Position numbers and translations under genes: made by a program
The notes under the pieces: generated by a model
The model's database searches: none
What the model saw: only the letters and a program-made list of their open reading frames with translations
Told to the model about the DNA's origin: nothing
In this document: in pieces, positions 62,203-64,000 of the stretch
How the letters are laid out: the number at the start of each line of letters is the position of its first letter
Numbering within the stretch: the first letter of the stretch is position 1
Origin: Podarcis erhardii
Taxonomy: Eukaryota
NCBI GenBank assembly: GCA_964252035.1
Contig: OZ176201.1
Reading direction: 5' to 3' (one strand)
DNA: 64,000 bases

Positions 62203-64000
62203 ACACACTAAGTCCTAAAGGTTTGGGGACCTGGGCTGTGTAGGCACTGCACCTTTTAAACACATTTTAAAAAACAATGTTTTCCTCAAAGAATTCAGGG
62301 CACTGTAGTTTAGTCCCTCACAGAGTTAACAGACTCCATTTCCTTGAGGGAAACCCTTTAAAGGTACAGTGAGTATACAGCCCTGGTTACCTGAGGGAGC
62401 AGCTTCTCTCAAATCGAGCTCCTTCACCAAGATCCACAGATCTCTCCCCCATGAACAATAGGCACCAGCCTTGCCTATCTTTTGGAGACTGCAGAAAGAT
62501 TTCTAAATGTAACCTATCATTTTCTGTTTTTATTACCTAGTTTTCAGTAGTAAGTTTTCTGTTTATTCTACTGAAGATTGCTGCATGATTTAAATTTGTT
62601 GTTTTAATGTATTCTGTACACAGCCCTAAAAAAAACACCTGCCTACAGCTGCTTCAGCAAACTAAAGATGCCCTGTACATATTAAAATAATGGAAAGAGC
62701 AAAAAGCATTGCAGAACTTCAAGCACAAACAGGTAAAATGCCGGGAAGGTCACACAAATGCAGCACGGGACACGTAAGCAAAACACTTAGCCTTCAAGTT
62801 GCAGCATGAGTAGACAGAGAAAGCATCTCAAAGATAAATTCTACTCACCCTTTGCACTGAATGGTACAACACATCCCTCAATGATAACTAGGAAACTGGA
62901 GCAAGCAATAGAGGACAAGTGCATATTGATAAATGCTGCCATGCTTGCATCTAAGCAGGTACCAGTGTTAGGGGAGTGAGGGAAGAGAGTGATGGAAGAC
63001 AGCGCTGTCTTGATGCAGTGAAGAGAGTATGGTAAAGGAATAATTCATTCCCTGACTGACTTTTTGACCCTACCAATATTTATTAGTGCTAGTTGCAAAG
63101 TGAAAGCAATACACATTGCAAAAATCTTCCCAGAGCTATTTATCTGGCCGAGTGAAGCACTCTAAAGACTTGAAAGCAACAATGACTCACCACCAGATCT
63201 TCCCCCACTCAGCTGTCTCCTACTTCTACACCAAAGTTGAGCTATGCAACATGGTGTTTTTTATGTAGAGCAGCTGTGAAAAAAACGGCAATGCGCTTGG
63301 AACTTCCTAAAGCAAAAGCCTTGGCAATGCAAGGAGAAATCGCAGTAACAGCAGCACATGCAAGCAGAACTGAGTCATAATCGTATCAGCCATCCAGGCC
63401 TCTTGCTAGCACTCCTGATTACCGGGTCCAAGTCACTATCCATTTTAAAAACGTAAAGTACAATTCCAGCTCAAAATCAGTCGTGACAGAATATTCTAGA
63501 AATACTCCAGTTTCCATAGCAATACAAGGCAATGCAGAACTTAAATGAGGAGCACTGGGTGCTTTACACACCTCATACCTGCGTATTATCAACTCTCTGC
63601 TCACTTTAGTCAGCTGATTATGGCAACCTACTTCAAAACAAAACAAACAAAAAGGACAGTGTTTAAAAGCTTCCTGCTGCAATTGCATTAAGTGATTCTA
63701 CTTGTCGGAGGGAACCATTTGAGTGACGATCTGCAAACCATCTCCTAAGAATCTAGGAATGGGTATTTCCCACAGAGGACTGTTTCCCACTACATTTTCT
63801 AATACTAGTCACCACAGTCAAAACATGTTATTCATACCAAATGTAAATAATCCAGTCCAAATGCTGATTAAACAAATGCTTTATATGTGCCTCCAAAAAG
63901 ATGTTCCAAAAGGTTATTCAGAAGAAGAAGCGAGTGGAGAATAAAGATAGCCAACACTATTTTTTAACTGGGCTATTATATTAACTGCACCAGATCAGTG

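Noticed and set aside
22-63944. Most ORFs in the six-frame track (60-165 aa) as independent genes
   Set aside because: No recognisable domains; many are read-throughs of microsatellites, TE fragments, or single exons plus intron. Their sizes are what chance gives in 64 kb.

Overview
Vertebrate (squamate, probably lacertid lizard) genomic DNA lying entirely inside one large minus-strand gene, ARHGAP26/GRAF1 (BAR-PH-RhoGAP-SH3). I traced coding exons 2-12 by hand (993 nt, all GT-AG, phases consistent). They encode most of the BAR domain, the PH domain and the start of the PH-GAP linker. Exon 1 lies beyond the right edge and exon 13 onward beyond the left edge. The rest is intron, carrying a typical squamate repeat load: one young 5'-truncated CR1 LINE with an unbroken 345-codon RT frame, older CR1 and L2 fragments, two Sauria SINEs, a BovB 3' end, tRNA- and 5S-derived SINEs, Tc1/mariner and hAT MITEs (several nested in other elements) and microsatellites. 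I see no clearly new biological system. The most interesting leads are candidate unannotated frame-preserving exons, above all a 102-nt exon in intron 1 with a strong Kozak ATG in frame with exon 2. Other leads are possible internal promoters, a one-codon insertion in the PH domain and a (TG)9 tract abutting the exon 2 acceptor. The exon candidates come from splice-signal reading only; pseudoexons are common, so they need RNA-seq or conservation tests. Family names and human comparisons are from memory, not database searches.
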